64,000 nucleotides of DNA from Verrucomicrobiota bacterium (GTDB lineage: Bacteria; Verrucomicrobiota; Verrucomicrobiia; Limisphaerales; CANJXF01), in contig JBBQRQ010000007.1 of assembly GCA_038214755.1 (NCBI GenBank), positions 21,298-85,297 of the forward strand, in the 5' to 3' direction. The position numbers were made by a program, and so were the translations under genes. Shown one piece after another: positions 38,956 through 48,903 of this stretch; position 1 is the first letter of the stretch; every line of letters begins with the position of its first letter. Below the pieces are notes generated by a model. It did not search any database. It was not told the origin of the DNA and saw only the letters and a program-made list of their open reading frames with translations.

Positions 38956-41900
38956 ATGGCAGTGATTTGCCCAATCCTTTTCTGCATTTTTGGTGCGGCG
39001 CTCGGGGTGGCTCACGCGGAAGCCGCGTTGCGCCCGCCAGTGCATCCGCGCCGCAACGTGGAGGATTTTCCGGTGGTGCCGGCCAAGTACGTTCGCTTCA
39101 CAATTCTCAAGGCCACCAGTAGCGAGCCTTGCTTGGATGAACTAGAGATTTATCCCGAGGAGGACGCAACGCGCAACATTGCGCTGGCCAAGGGCGGCGC
39201 GCGGGCGACGGCTTCAGGCTCTTTGCCGGGTTTCCAGATTCACCAACTCGAATTCGTCAATGACGGAAGATATGGAAACGGCCATAGCTGGATCGCCGAT
39301 AAAGCCAGTGCCTGGGTCCAAATCGAACTTCCGGAGGTGGCGCTTATCAACCGCGTGGTTTGGGGTCGTGACCGCGAGAACAATTTCGTCGACCGCTTGG
39401 CGGTGGAGTATGGCATTGAGGTATCTACCAACGGCAGCACTTGGTGCCCCGTCGCTTCCTCCGCTGACCGGTCGCCGTTGGTCATAGGCGGAACGTTCGC
39501 CGGAGTCCAACCCATGACACGGCAAATCGTGACTCGGTTCGCGCCTGTCAATAGCAGCTTCTCATTCGAATCGCAGAACAACTCCCCCGATTACAGAATC
39601 GACCGCTGGCAGACCGAGGACGGCCTGCCGGGGAATACGGTGACTTCGATACTTCAGACGCGCGACGGGTATCTCTGGATTGGTACGTTTGGCGGGTTGG
39701 CGCGGTTTGACGGGGTGCGGTTCAAACGATTTGGCGAGGCGGAGGGACTGAAGAACAATCGCGTTCTCTGCCTGTGCGAAGATCGGCAGGGCAACCTCTG
39801 GGTGGGCAGCGAGGGCGGCGGGCTTTTTCAACTTCGTGACGGTGTGTTTACTGAACTGACGACCCGCGACGGTCTGCGGCACGATGTCGTCACGGCGTTG
39901 GCGGAGGGCCGGAGCGGCCGCCTTTGGATTGGAACCTACGCTGGCCTACAGTGCTGGCAGGAAGGACACTTTGTTATGGACCCAGCGGAACCGTTTCAGT
40001 CTTCCTTCCCGGTGACGCGGTTGCTCGTGGACCGCGCTGGCACGGTCTGGATGGTCGTTAACGGTCAGTTGCGCACGGTGGTGGCCGGGCACGTGGTCAC
40101 TCCCAAACTGGGGGGTGAACCGAGCGGTCAACTGGCGATCTCCGCGCTGCACGAAGGCAAATCAGGGCAGCTCTGGCTCGGCGGCAACAGTGGATATGTG
40201 GCGTCGTCTAGCAACGGCGTCCTGAGGGTCTTACCACTGCCGCAGGAAATGCCGCCTGACAATATTTGGGAAGTGCTGGAGGCAGGGACTGGCGACATAT
40301 GGATGGGCACCGCCTCGAGTGGCTTGCGGCGCTGGCGCAACGACCGCGTTTTGGCGCTCACCACCCAAGAGGGGATGGCTGAGAATTCCGTACGTTGCCT
40401 CTTTGAAGATCGGGAAGGAAACCTTTGGGTGGGCACCAATGGCGGGGGACTACAGCGGCTCAAGCCGAAAACTCTTCGACTCGTGACCACTCGTGATGGG
40501 CTGGCCCACAACGTCGTGATGTCACTCGCCGAAGAGGGTAGTGGGGAGTTGTGGATTGGTTCTAATTGTGGGGGGCTGAGCGCGCGACGCAAAGGAGTAT
40601 TCACTCCCGCATACTTGAACTACCTGCTCGACAATGAATGCATTTGGTCGGTGCTAAGCGCTCGGGACGGTGCGCTGTGGGTGGGCACTTGGAACAACGG
40701 ACTGTTTCGCAAAACTGGGGAAAAGCTGGAGCAGTTTAAATTGGCCAACTCCTACAGCGATGAACCAGTGCTGGCGTTATGCGAAGACCGCAACGAAGGA
40801 ATGTGGGTGGGAACCTACCAGGACGGGCTGAAATTTTTTCGGGACGGCAAGTTTACCTCGTATCGCATAACAAATGGATTGTCGGCAAATTTCGTTACGG
40901 CGTTGGTGCAGGACGTGAAGAGTAGGCTTTGGATTGGGACGGCCGGGGGCGGACTAAATTGTTTCGCGGACGGCGTGTTCAAAGTCCTGAAGCGCCGAGA
41001 CGGATTGGGCAGCGATTTCATTCGCGCTCTCCACATTGACGCGAATGGAGTGCTCTGGATTGGCACAGGCGGAGGCGGAGTGAGCCGGCTAAAGGACGGG
41101 GAGTTAAAGACGATCAGCACCCGCCAAGGGCTGCTTGATGATGTTATCTCGCAAATTCTTGAGGACGACAATGGTCATTTTTGGTTCGGTTCGAATCGTG
41201 GCATTTTCTACGTGTCCAAGGCGGAATTAGAGCGGGTAGCCGAGGGACGTGTAGGCTCACTTAATCCCATCACCTTTGGAAAAGCGGAGGGAATGGAGAA
41301 TCTCGAATGCACCGGCGGCTTCTGCCCGGCGGGCCTGAAGACACGAGACGGCAGGTTATGGTTTTCGACAGTCAAGGGACTGGTGACCATTGACCCGAAA
41401 AACATTCGCAGCAACGATTTGCCTCCGCCGGTTGTCATCGAGCAGGTCATTGTTGACGGGGTTCCCGCAGAAGTTGATGTAAAGAGGCTCACTTCTCAGA
41501 TCCGAAACTCGAAATTGGAGATTCGAAATCGTCGGGGCATGTATGCATCGAATAATACGACTTTGAGAATTCACCCCCGGGCAAAACGCGTCGAGTTGCA
41601 TTATACCGCGCTGAGTTTCACTTCACCGGAGAAGGTGCGGTTTCGCTACCGACTTGACGGTCTTGATTCGGACTGGGTAGAAGCCGACGGACGACGTATC
41701 GCGCAGTATCCATTTCTGCCGCCGGGACCGTACCGGTTCCGCGTTACCGCCTGCAACGAGGACGGCGTCTGGAGCCAGAGCGAGGCAGTGCTGGCGCTAA
41801 CCTGCCTGCCGGCTCTCTGGCAGACTTGGTGGGTTCGGCTGCTGGGGGCCGCGCTAGTGTTGGGCGGAGCTGGTTGGACTGTGAAAGTGGGGGCAACGCA

Positions 41901-42582
41901 CCGGCTGCAGCGTAGGCTCACGCTGCTCCAGCAGCAGCACGCGCTTGAGCAGGAACGGACGCGGATTGCCCGGGACATTCACGACGAGCTGGGTGCTTCG
42001 CTCACGGAAATTTCTCTGTTGAGCGATCATTGCCGGAAACGCCTCGACCGGCCTGGAGAAGTGGCGGTCGATTTACAGAGGATTTCCACCACCGCGCGAG
42101 AAGCCGTGCAAACTGCGGATGGCATCGTTTGGGCGGTCAATCCCCGAAATGATTCGCTTGATCACCTAGCCAACTACCTCGTCCACTTTGCCGAGGACTT
42201 CTTCCGGCTGACAAACATTCGGTGTCGTTTGGATGTGCCAGCCGACTGGCCGCAAATTCCCCTACCTATGCAACATCGGCACCATTTGCTATTGGCGGTT
42301 AAGGAGGCTTGCAATAATGTCGCACGCCATTCTGAGGCGTCTGAAGTGTGGCTGCGCATGACGCTGACAGACCAGGAATTCAGCATCGAGGTTCGAGATA
42401 ACGGTCAGGGGTTCCGACCTGAATCAAAACCGGAAGATAGTGACGGTTTAATCAATATGCGTGAGCGCATGGCAGATCTGGGTGGGCGATTGGAACTATC
42501 CAGCGAAGCAGGTCGGGGAACGTCGGTGAAGTTGATTGCGCCACTGAACCAACTCAACTCATTCACATGTCCATCCGTGTAA
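38956..42582 (+). CDS. Sensor histidine kinase: discoidin-like + two-component propeller repeats + Y_Y_Y + TM + HisKA_3/HATPase
   Basis: Repeated DGL....V..L.ED..G.LW.GT; YRLDGLDSDW...PPG.Y.F.V.A.N; ERTRIARDIHDELG; NVARHS, DNGQGF, GL.NM.ER. Confidence 0.93.
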   Translation: MAVICPILFCIFGAALGVAHAEAALRPPVHPRRNVEDFPVVPAKYVRFTILKATSSEPCLDELEIYPEEDATRNIALAKGGARATASGSLPGFQIHQLEFVNDGRYGNGHSWIADKASAWVQIELPEVALINRVVWGRDRENNFVDRLAVEYGIEVSTNGSTWCPVASSADRSPLVIGGTFAGVQPMTRQIVTRFAPVNSSFSFESQNNSPDYRIDRWQTEDGLPGNTVTSILQTRDGYLWIGTFGGLARFDGVRFKRFGEAEGLKNNRVLCLCEDRQGNLWVGSEGGGLFQLRDGVFTELTTRDGLRHDVVTALAEGRSGRLWIGTYAGLQCWQEGHFVMDPAEPFQSSFPVTRLLVDRAGTVWMVVNGQLRTVVAGHVVTPKLGGEPSGQLAISALHEGKSGQLWLGGNSGYVASSSNGVLRVLPLPQEMPPDNIWEVLEAGTGDIWMGTASSGLRRWRNDRVLALTTQEGMAENSVRCLFEDREGNLWVGTNGGGLQRLKPKTLRLVTTRDGLAHNVVMSLAEEGSGELWIGSNCGGLSARRKGVFTPAYLNYLLDNECIWSVLSARDGALWVGTWNNGLFRKTGEKLEQFKLANSYSDEPVLALCEDRNEGMWVGTYQDGLKFFRDGKFTSYRITNGLSANFVTALVQDVKSRLWIGTAGGGLNCFADGVFKVLKRRDGLGSDFIRALHIDANGVLWIGTGGGGVSRLKDGELKTISTRQGLLDDVISQILEDDNGHFWFGSNRGIFYVSKAELERVAEGRVGSLNPITFGKAEGMENLECTGGFCPAGLKTRDGRLWFSTVKGLVTIDPKNIRSNDLPPPVVIEQVIVDGVPAEVDVKRLTSQIRNSKLEIRNRRGMYASNNTTLRIHPRAKRVELHYTALSFTSPEKVRFRYRLDGLDSDWVEADGRRIAQYPFLPPGPYRFRVTACNEDGVWSQSEAVLALTCLPALWQTWWVRLLGAALVLGGAGWTVKVGATHRLQRRLTLLQQQHALEQERTRIARDIHDELGASLTEISLLSDHCRKRLDRPGEVAVDLQRISTTAREAVQTADGIVWAVNPRNDSLDHLANYLVHFAEDFFRLTNIRCRLDVPADWPQIPLPMQHRHHLLLAVKEACNNVARHSEASEVWLRMTLTDQEFSIEVRDNGQGFRPESKPEDSDGLINMRERMADLGGRLELSSEAGRGTSVKLIAPLNQLNSFTCPSV

Positions 42583-43187
42583 CTATCGTCGAAGATGAAG
42601 CTCGCGTGCGGGCCCAGTTGGCGAGAATAATCACCGAAGCCCAGGGGTTCAGTTGTCAGGGCATCTTCGGTTCAGCCGAGCAGGGTTTGCAAGAGATTCC
42701 GCGTCAACCGCCTGACGTGGTGTTGATGGACATCAACCTGCCGAAAATGTCTGGTGTCGAATGCACTTTTCGACTCAAGAAATTGGTGCCGCAAGTGCAA
42801 ATTGTCATGCTCACGGTCTATGACGACAGCGAGCAGATTTTCAAAGCGCTGGAAATGGGCGCGAGCGGCTATCTGCTCAAGCGAACGCCGCCGGATGAAA
42901 TTCTGAAGGCGGTAATGGAGGTGCATCGTGGCGGTGCGCCGATGTCAAGTTACATCGCACGCCAAGTGGTTCAATCGTTTGGGAAGCGAACCGCCCCCGA
43001 CACGCCGAATCTTTCCCCGCGTGAAGCGGAAGTTCTGGCGCTGGTTGCCAAAGGATACATCAATAAAGAAATCGCTGACCAGCTGGGCGTGGGTCTGGAA
43101 ACCGTCCGATCCTATTTGAAGAGCACCTACGACAAGCTCCATGTCCGTTCACGGACCGAAGCGGCCATGAAATTCTTTCAACGGTAA
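42567..43187 (+). CDS. NarL/LuxR-family response regulator
   Basis: IVEDE, PDVVLMDINLP, GASGYLLK, LSPRE.EVL.L...G..NKEIA..L. Confidence 0.95.
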   Translation: MSIRVTIVEDEARVRAQLARIITEAQGFSCQGIFGSAEQGLQEIPRQPPDVVLMDINLPKMSGVECTFRLKKLVPQVQIVMLTVYDDSEQIFKALEMGASGYLLKRTPPDEILKAVMEVHRGGAPMSSYIARQVVQSFGKRTAPDTPNLSPREAEVLALVAKGYINKEIADQLGVGLETVRSYLKSTYDKLHVRSRTEAAMKFFQR

Positions 43188-43240
43188 CTCACACCACGAG
43201 GGGTTTAAGTTCAAAAGGCGGATGACGATTCTAAAACAAG

Positions 43241-43283
43241 CCCCCGTACGGGGGATTCCAGACGAGTGAATCCAGATTACTGT
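43241..43283 (+). promoter_or_regulatory. Palindromic activator site CCCCCGTACGGGGG plus -10 TACTGT
   Basis: Perfect 14-bp palindrome; identical copy at 50772 and a variant at 48791. Confidence 0.7.
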
Positions 43284-43289
43284 TCATAC

Positions 43290-46200
43290 ATGAGAAAACA
43301 TTCAATCCCTGGTCAGGGAGTGCTGACTATGGTACTCGCGACGATGGGAATCAGCATGGTGGCTTCGATGCGACACAATTCGGCGCAGGCGCAACTTCTC
43401 ATCGCTCCCAGTATCGTTTCTTTTACCTCTTACTTCGGCACGCGTTCGCCCGTGAATTTGGTTAATGGGTCGGGCCTCACCCTCGGGCCATCGGGAATCC
43501 TGGGTGATTCTGATTCGACGCACGGCTCTGATGTTGATGGGACGATGTGGTATTCGAATCCGTATATTGCCCCGCCCGACACGAGCCCAATTGTCACCTT
43601 CGACCTGGGAGGGGTTTACGACCTGCAAACGACACGCCTCTGGCAATATAATCAACCTGGTGGCTTCACCGTGTACGGGGCCAAGAACATCGAGGTGTCC
43701 ATCTCAGCCGACAACACAAATTTTACCGTGCTAAGCACGATTACGCCAGCGAGAGCAGGCGGAACCAATGGTGAACCCGCACAGGATTTCACCACGGCCG
43801 CCACGGGAGTTCAATACGTTCGGCTCCACATTCTTGACACTTTCGGTGGCGTTCAACCATCCGGGCTTTCTGAGGTTCGGTTTGTCGCGTCTCCGGGGCA
43901 CGGTGGGGTGACGCTGTTTACAAATGCGTCCACGGTGCAGCTTGCCAATGACCTCCAGAAAGTCTCTTTCGATAAGAGTTCGGACGGCAAGTTTCATATT
44001 ACGACTTCAGTGTGGGATGGTTCAAGTTGGCGCTCATTCTTTGATGGAGCGCACCCTTTGATGGAAGGATCAAAATTTAACTTGGAGCCAACCACCTATT
44101 CCGTTCTCACAAACACAACCACGAAGAAATCTGTGCGTTTTCAGGGATCCCACACAAGCCCCACATATTCATTTGATATTGAGGTAGAAGTTCAGTCCGG
44201 CACCGATTTGGTTAAATTTCAGATTGCGAGCCATTTTCCGAGTGCCGTGTCACTGCCGAGTCCGCAGCCGACCGTCGGCCTGTGGATGAATCGTCCATCC
44301 GCCCAATTGGTTATGCACCAAGGCCCGCCCAGCGCGACGCGCGGGGCCTTTGCGGTTGATTTCAATTTTGGTTTCCCCGCCGCCTACTTATGGGATCAAA
44401 ACCAGGAGGCGGCCATCTTTTTTGATATGACTCCTGCGACGTGGATGGCTGGAAATGGGGTAAGGCGGTTTTTTGATGTACAAATAAAAACCTTCGGTAA
44501 CGGAACCCAGACCGGTTTGGGGATGTATCCTTATCATTTGTCCGGCAACACCCTGCGCTCGGGAGAGATGTTGGTTAATTTCTATTTGTATGCGTCTTGG
44601 CGACCGCAAGGGCCGGCAAGGTTGTCCGATATGCTCGACAAGATGCTCGAAGTCTTCCAGCCCCTTCACCCTTGGACACCCACTTTTCCAACCAATTTTC
44701 TGGATGCCAGCGAGGTCAGTTGGAGAACCACCGCGGAGCGAACCATTACCGACCTAATGCTGCAGAACGTAACTTATGGCCATCGCACCAATGAACCCTA
44801 TACCGATTCTCCGCTGCCGTTGGTTTCACTCCCCACCGAAATGATTGTTCACCCCTCCTTCGTAGTGAGCAATTCGGCTGCTGCCCTTAATCAGTGGATT
44901 TTTCGACAGTCAATCATCATCTGGCCCCTTCGGTTCTCTACACGCGGCTGCACGATTCGCCCCAGGCCCAACACTTCGTGCAGCTCAAGAAGGACGCACT
45001 GCCCCGTTTCTATGATTCAAATTCTCGGCAAATCACAAGCGGCACCCAGCAACCCTCCCATGTCTTCGGGCTGGAGATTTCCTGGCAGACGCTCGTCTTT
45101 TATCAGGAAATGCTCGCCGTCATGGACTCGTTGGCAAAGGAGGATTTCAACCCGGCTATTGGGGGTCGCTTCCTGATGGGGCTGGAAGGGCTGATCAATT
45201 ATGCCCATCAGGTCAACTATGTCTTTTCAGTTTACTATGATCCGTTCACCAAAGTGCCGATGAACTTCGTAGAAAACCCGGGGCTGGGTGCCATCCGTGA
45301 GCCGTGGTCGGTCGGCTCCTATAGTTATGTAATGCTCGGTGGGTATGATTTGACGGGAGACCAGCAATATCTGGATGAAGCGCGTGCCGCCATGGACACG
45401 CTGATGACCAACATGACCTACACGGAATCCAACAGCTATTACACCGCCACCTATTCCAACCCGATGGAAATGCCGATCATGGAATTGATGGGCAACAGTT
45501 ATGGGGCAATTGCGGCCCAAAAGTTGTATCGTCTGACCAACGATCCCAAATATCTGACTTATCAGCGGGATTTTCTCAATGTGTTTCTGAGGATGACCTC
45601 TTGGTTCGAAGATCAAACTGATCCGGTCAGTCGTGATCTTCATAACCTTGGGCTGTTTTATCCATTTGTTGGAGCGCCAACCCCCACCTCGTGGGAGACA
45701 GCGGAGGCTAACCTATGCCTGGCTTGGTTACTCAAATATAACCGCACCAATGTTCGCGCGCCGCTACTTGCCAGATTGAGCAATTTGAACCGGATCAATT
45801 CATTTTACTTTTACCCGTTCACATTTACCCCTACCGTGCGCAACCTCCATCCCGGTTTGCGTCAGGATGTCGGTCAATATTTTCCCACTGAAAATATGTA
45901 TATGTTGGAATTTCCGCAAGGTTCAGGCGGCTCTCCGGCGCAGACGGCGATCTATATGTCGGGACTTTCATTATGGAACAGTTGGCTCTACGAAGAGTTG
46001 GCAAGCGCCGCCAACCGCGATGTGCTCGTGCTTAATCTGGCGAGCCTCGATGGTTATGAAGAATCGCTCCGCTCGGCACGCCGTGAATTTCTGGTTTGCA
46101 ATCCTACTGACACCACAATTAGCACCACGATAACCAACCAGGCGCTTGATCCCGGCGTCTATCAGGTCACGGTGACGGATCCCGGAGGCACCGTGCTCTC

Positions 46201-47251
46201 CAGCACCAATTATACACAAGGCCAATTGGTGGCGGGCCATTCCATCACTCTGGCACCGGAACAAATTGTGTATCTAAAGGTCCAGAACACGAATTCATCT
46301 AACATCTTGGCCAGCATTGATGTTTATCGGTCGGCGGGTAAGAGGTTATCGTATGCTTATCAGTTACTGCAAGTCAGAGCCCGGGATTATGGTATCGGCA
46401 CAAATATTCAGCAACTGCGAGGCTTGTTTGGATTAGCACGCCAGGCATATCAGGCGGGGGATTATGCCTCCGCATACAGTCAGGCAGATCAAATTGTCAC
46501 CAATCTCCAGGTCGTGCCGCGCATAACTTTAAGTATCGCCCGCGTGTCCGATCGCCTCATTGCTCCCAGTGTCGTTTCTTTTACTTCCTTCTTCGGCTCT
46601 CGTTCGCCCACAAATTTGGTTAACGGCTCTGGCCTGACAGCCGGGCTATCAGGAATCCTGGGGGCTGCCGACTCCACCCACGGCAACGCGGTCGATGAGA
46701 CTATGTGGTATTCAAATCCATTTCTCGCTTCCCCCGACACCAGCCCAATCGTCACCTTCGACCTAGGAGGGCTTTACGATCTACAAACCACGCGCCTTTG
46801 GCAGTATAATCAATCGCCGTATGGCTTCACAGTGTACGGGGCCAGGAATATTGCAGTGTCCGTCTCACCCGACAGCACGAATTTTACCCTGGTAAGAACG
46901 ATTGCGCCGGCGAGAGCCGGTGGAACCAATGGCGAACCCGCGCAGGATTTCGCCACGGCCACCACGGGAGTGCATTACGTTCGCCTCCAAATTCTTGACA
47001 CCTTCGGCGGTGCCCAAGCATCCGGGCTTTCCGAAGTGCGGTTCGTCTCGGCTAACACGGGGGTGGCAGTCACCCTCAACAATGGTGTGTTGGGATTGCA
47101 CTATCGCGTGGAATACCGCAACTCGCTGAACCCATCTGACTCCTGGCAGTTGCTCCAGGACATTCCGGCTCTGAACAGCACGCCTCTTTTGGTTTATGAC
47201 TCGACGCCGATTCAGACACAACGATTCTATCGCGTAGTCCAACTCCAATGA
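43290..47251 (+). pseudogene. Large secreted protein (discoidin-like - putative catalytic core - discoidin-like - C-terminal domain) split by one frameshift at about 44897
   Basis: ORFs 43266-45176 and 44894-47251 join as ...NSAAALNQW|DFSTVNHHLAP... if one base is restored; the ORF1 tail after that point looks non-coding. Confidence 0.7.
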
Positions 47252-47286
47252 CCTCATGAACTCAAACCAAATATCACCACAAACCA

Positions 47287-48723
47287 ATGAAGCCAATCCT
47301 GAAACTAATTTACTTGCTCAGCACGATTCTTCTGGCCGCAGTGTCAGGTTTTGGCGCGGACCATCGCTTGAACATCCTCTTCCTTTTCGCGGATGACCAG
47401 CGCGCCGATACCATCGCAGCTCTGGGCAATCCGCACATACGGACGCCCAATATCGACCGGCTGCTTCGTTCCGGTCTGGCATTCAATCGCGCCTATATGC
47501 AGGGCGCGCTAAACGCGGCGACCTGCATGCCCTCGCGCGCCATGCTGCTTTCGGGGCGAGGAATGTTTCGCATTGATGAAAAGCTAATGCGCGATGAGAC
47601 CTGGCCTGCCGCGTTTGGTCGGGCTGGTTACACCACGTTCATGAGTGGAAAGTGGCACAATGACGAAAACTCCATTTACCCCAGGTTTTTAAGGGGACCA
47701 TGGCATAACGAGGAAAGTTCCATTGCCAAGAGCTTCCAAAGCGCCCGGGCCGTTTTCATTGGGGGCATGATCGACCCAATGAAGGCAAAGTTCAGCGACC
47801 TGGCCGACGGGAAACTCAGCACACCAAAAACAAATAGCCAGCACTCCTGTGCAGTCTTCGCCGACGAAACGGTACGTTTTCTGAGCGAACACTCCGGCGC
47901 ACCATTCTTTTGTTACGTGTCGTTCAATGCACCCCACGACCCACATATAGTACCGGATGATTTTCCAATACACTACGATCCCGCCAAAATCCCGCTCCCT
48001 CCGAACTTTCTGCCACAACATCCTTGGGACAACGGCGAGATGCTCATCCGTGATGAAACGCTTCTGCCATGGCCACGTACGCCGGAAAGCGTGCGCGCCC
48101 TCAATGCCGAATACTACCGTTACATCTCGTACCTCGACGCGCAGATCGGCCGCATACTCGATGCATTGAAAGCCTCGTCGTATGCCAGAAACACCATCGT
48201 CATCTACAGCGCCGATTCTGGCGTCGCACGGGGCAGCCACGGATTGATTGGCAAACAGAACGTCTATGAACACTCTGTTCGTGTCCCACTTATCATCAGC
48301 GGTCCGGGCATTCCGAGGGACAAGCGGACGGACGCCATGTGCTATCTCTTCGATGTGCTACCCACACTCGGCAAACTCTGCGGCGTTCCCGCGCCCACCG
48401 CTAGCGAGGGCGTCGAATTTACCGGTACGCTTCAAGACCCGGCAAAAGCGGGACGCGCCGAGTTGATGTTCGCTTACCAAAATGTCCAGCGCGCAGTGCG
48501 CGATGACCGATGGAAACTGATCCGCTATCCGCTCGTGAACAAGACGCAGCTCTTCGATCTTAAAGTCGATCCGCAAGAGACGGACAACCTTGCCGACAAA
48601 CCAGAGCACGCTGCAAGGATCGTGGAATTAATGGGGACGCTTGCGCGCGAGCAAAAGGAATTTGGTGACAACGCGCCGCTCACTGTAGAGAATCCAAAAT
48701 CCGCGCAGTGGTCACCGCCATAG
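47287..48723 (+). CDS. Cys-type sulfatase (choline-sulfatase-like, S1)
   Basis: NILFLFADDQ, TPNID, CMPSR, GKWH, APHDP, GKQNVYE.S.RVP. Confidence 0.93.
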   Translation: MKPILKLIYLLSTILLAAVSGFGADHRLNILFLFADDQRADTIAALGNPHIRTPNIDRLLRSGLAFNRAYMQGALNAATCMPSRAMLLSGRGMFRIDEKLMRDETWPAAFGRAGYTTFMSGKWHNDENSIYPRFLRGPWHNEESSIAKSFQSARAVFIGGMIDPMKAKFSDLADGKLSTPKTNSQHSCAVFADETVRFLSEHSGAPFFCYVSFNAPHDPHIVPDDFPIHYDPAKIPLPPNFLPQHPWDNGEMLIRDETLLPWPRTPESVRALNAEYYRYISYLDAQIGRILDALKASSYARNTIVIYSADSGVARGSHGLIGKQNVYEHSVRVPLIISGPGIPRDKRTDAMCYLFDVLPTLGKLCGVPAPTASEGVEFTGTLQDPAKAGRAELMFAYQNVQRAVRDDRWKLIRYPLVNKTQLFDLKVDPQETDNLADKPEHAARIVELMGTLAREQKEFGDNAPLTVENPKSAQWSPP

Positions 48724-48790
48724 GCAAGGGATGCCAAATCCGCCATGCGCCAACGTAGGGGTAAACGGCGCTCGTGGCCGGACTGAACTA

Positions 48791-48835
48791 CACCCGAACG
48801 GGGGATGCCAACGCGCGGCCACACATGCATAAAGT
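48791..48835 (+). promoter_or_regulatory. Variant activator site CACCCGAACGGGGG plus -10-like TAAAGT
   Basis: 12/14 match to the 43241/50772 palindrome, followed by the same ATnCC. Confidence 0.55.
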
Positions 48836-48903
48836 TAACGGATATGTGCGTAACACGAAAGCAATTCTCCCTGAACCACGGGTCGTCAAAAAGGCAAATT
48901 CTG

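Noticed and set aside
44890..44905. Programmed -1 frameshift at GGATTTTT
   Set aside because: In the zero frame the heptamer is G-ATT-TTT, a poor slippery site; a 1-bp deletion or sequencing error is simpler.
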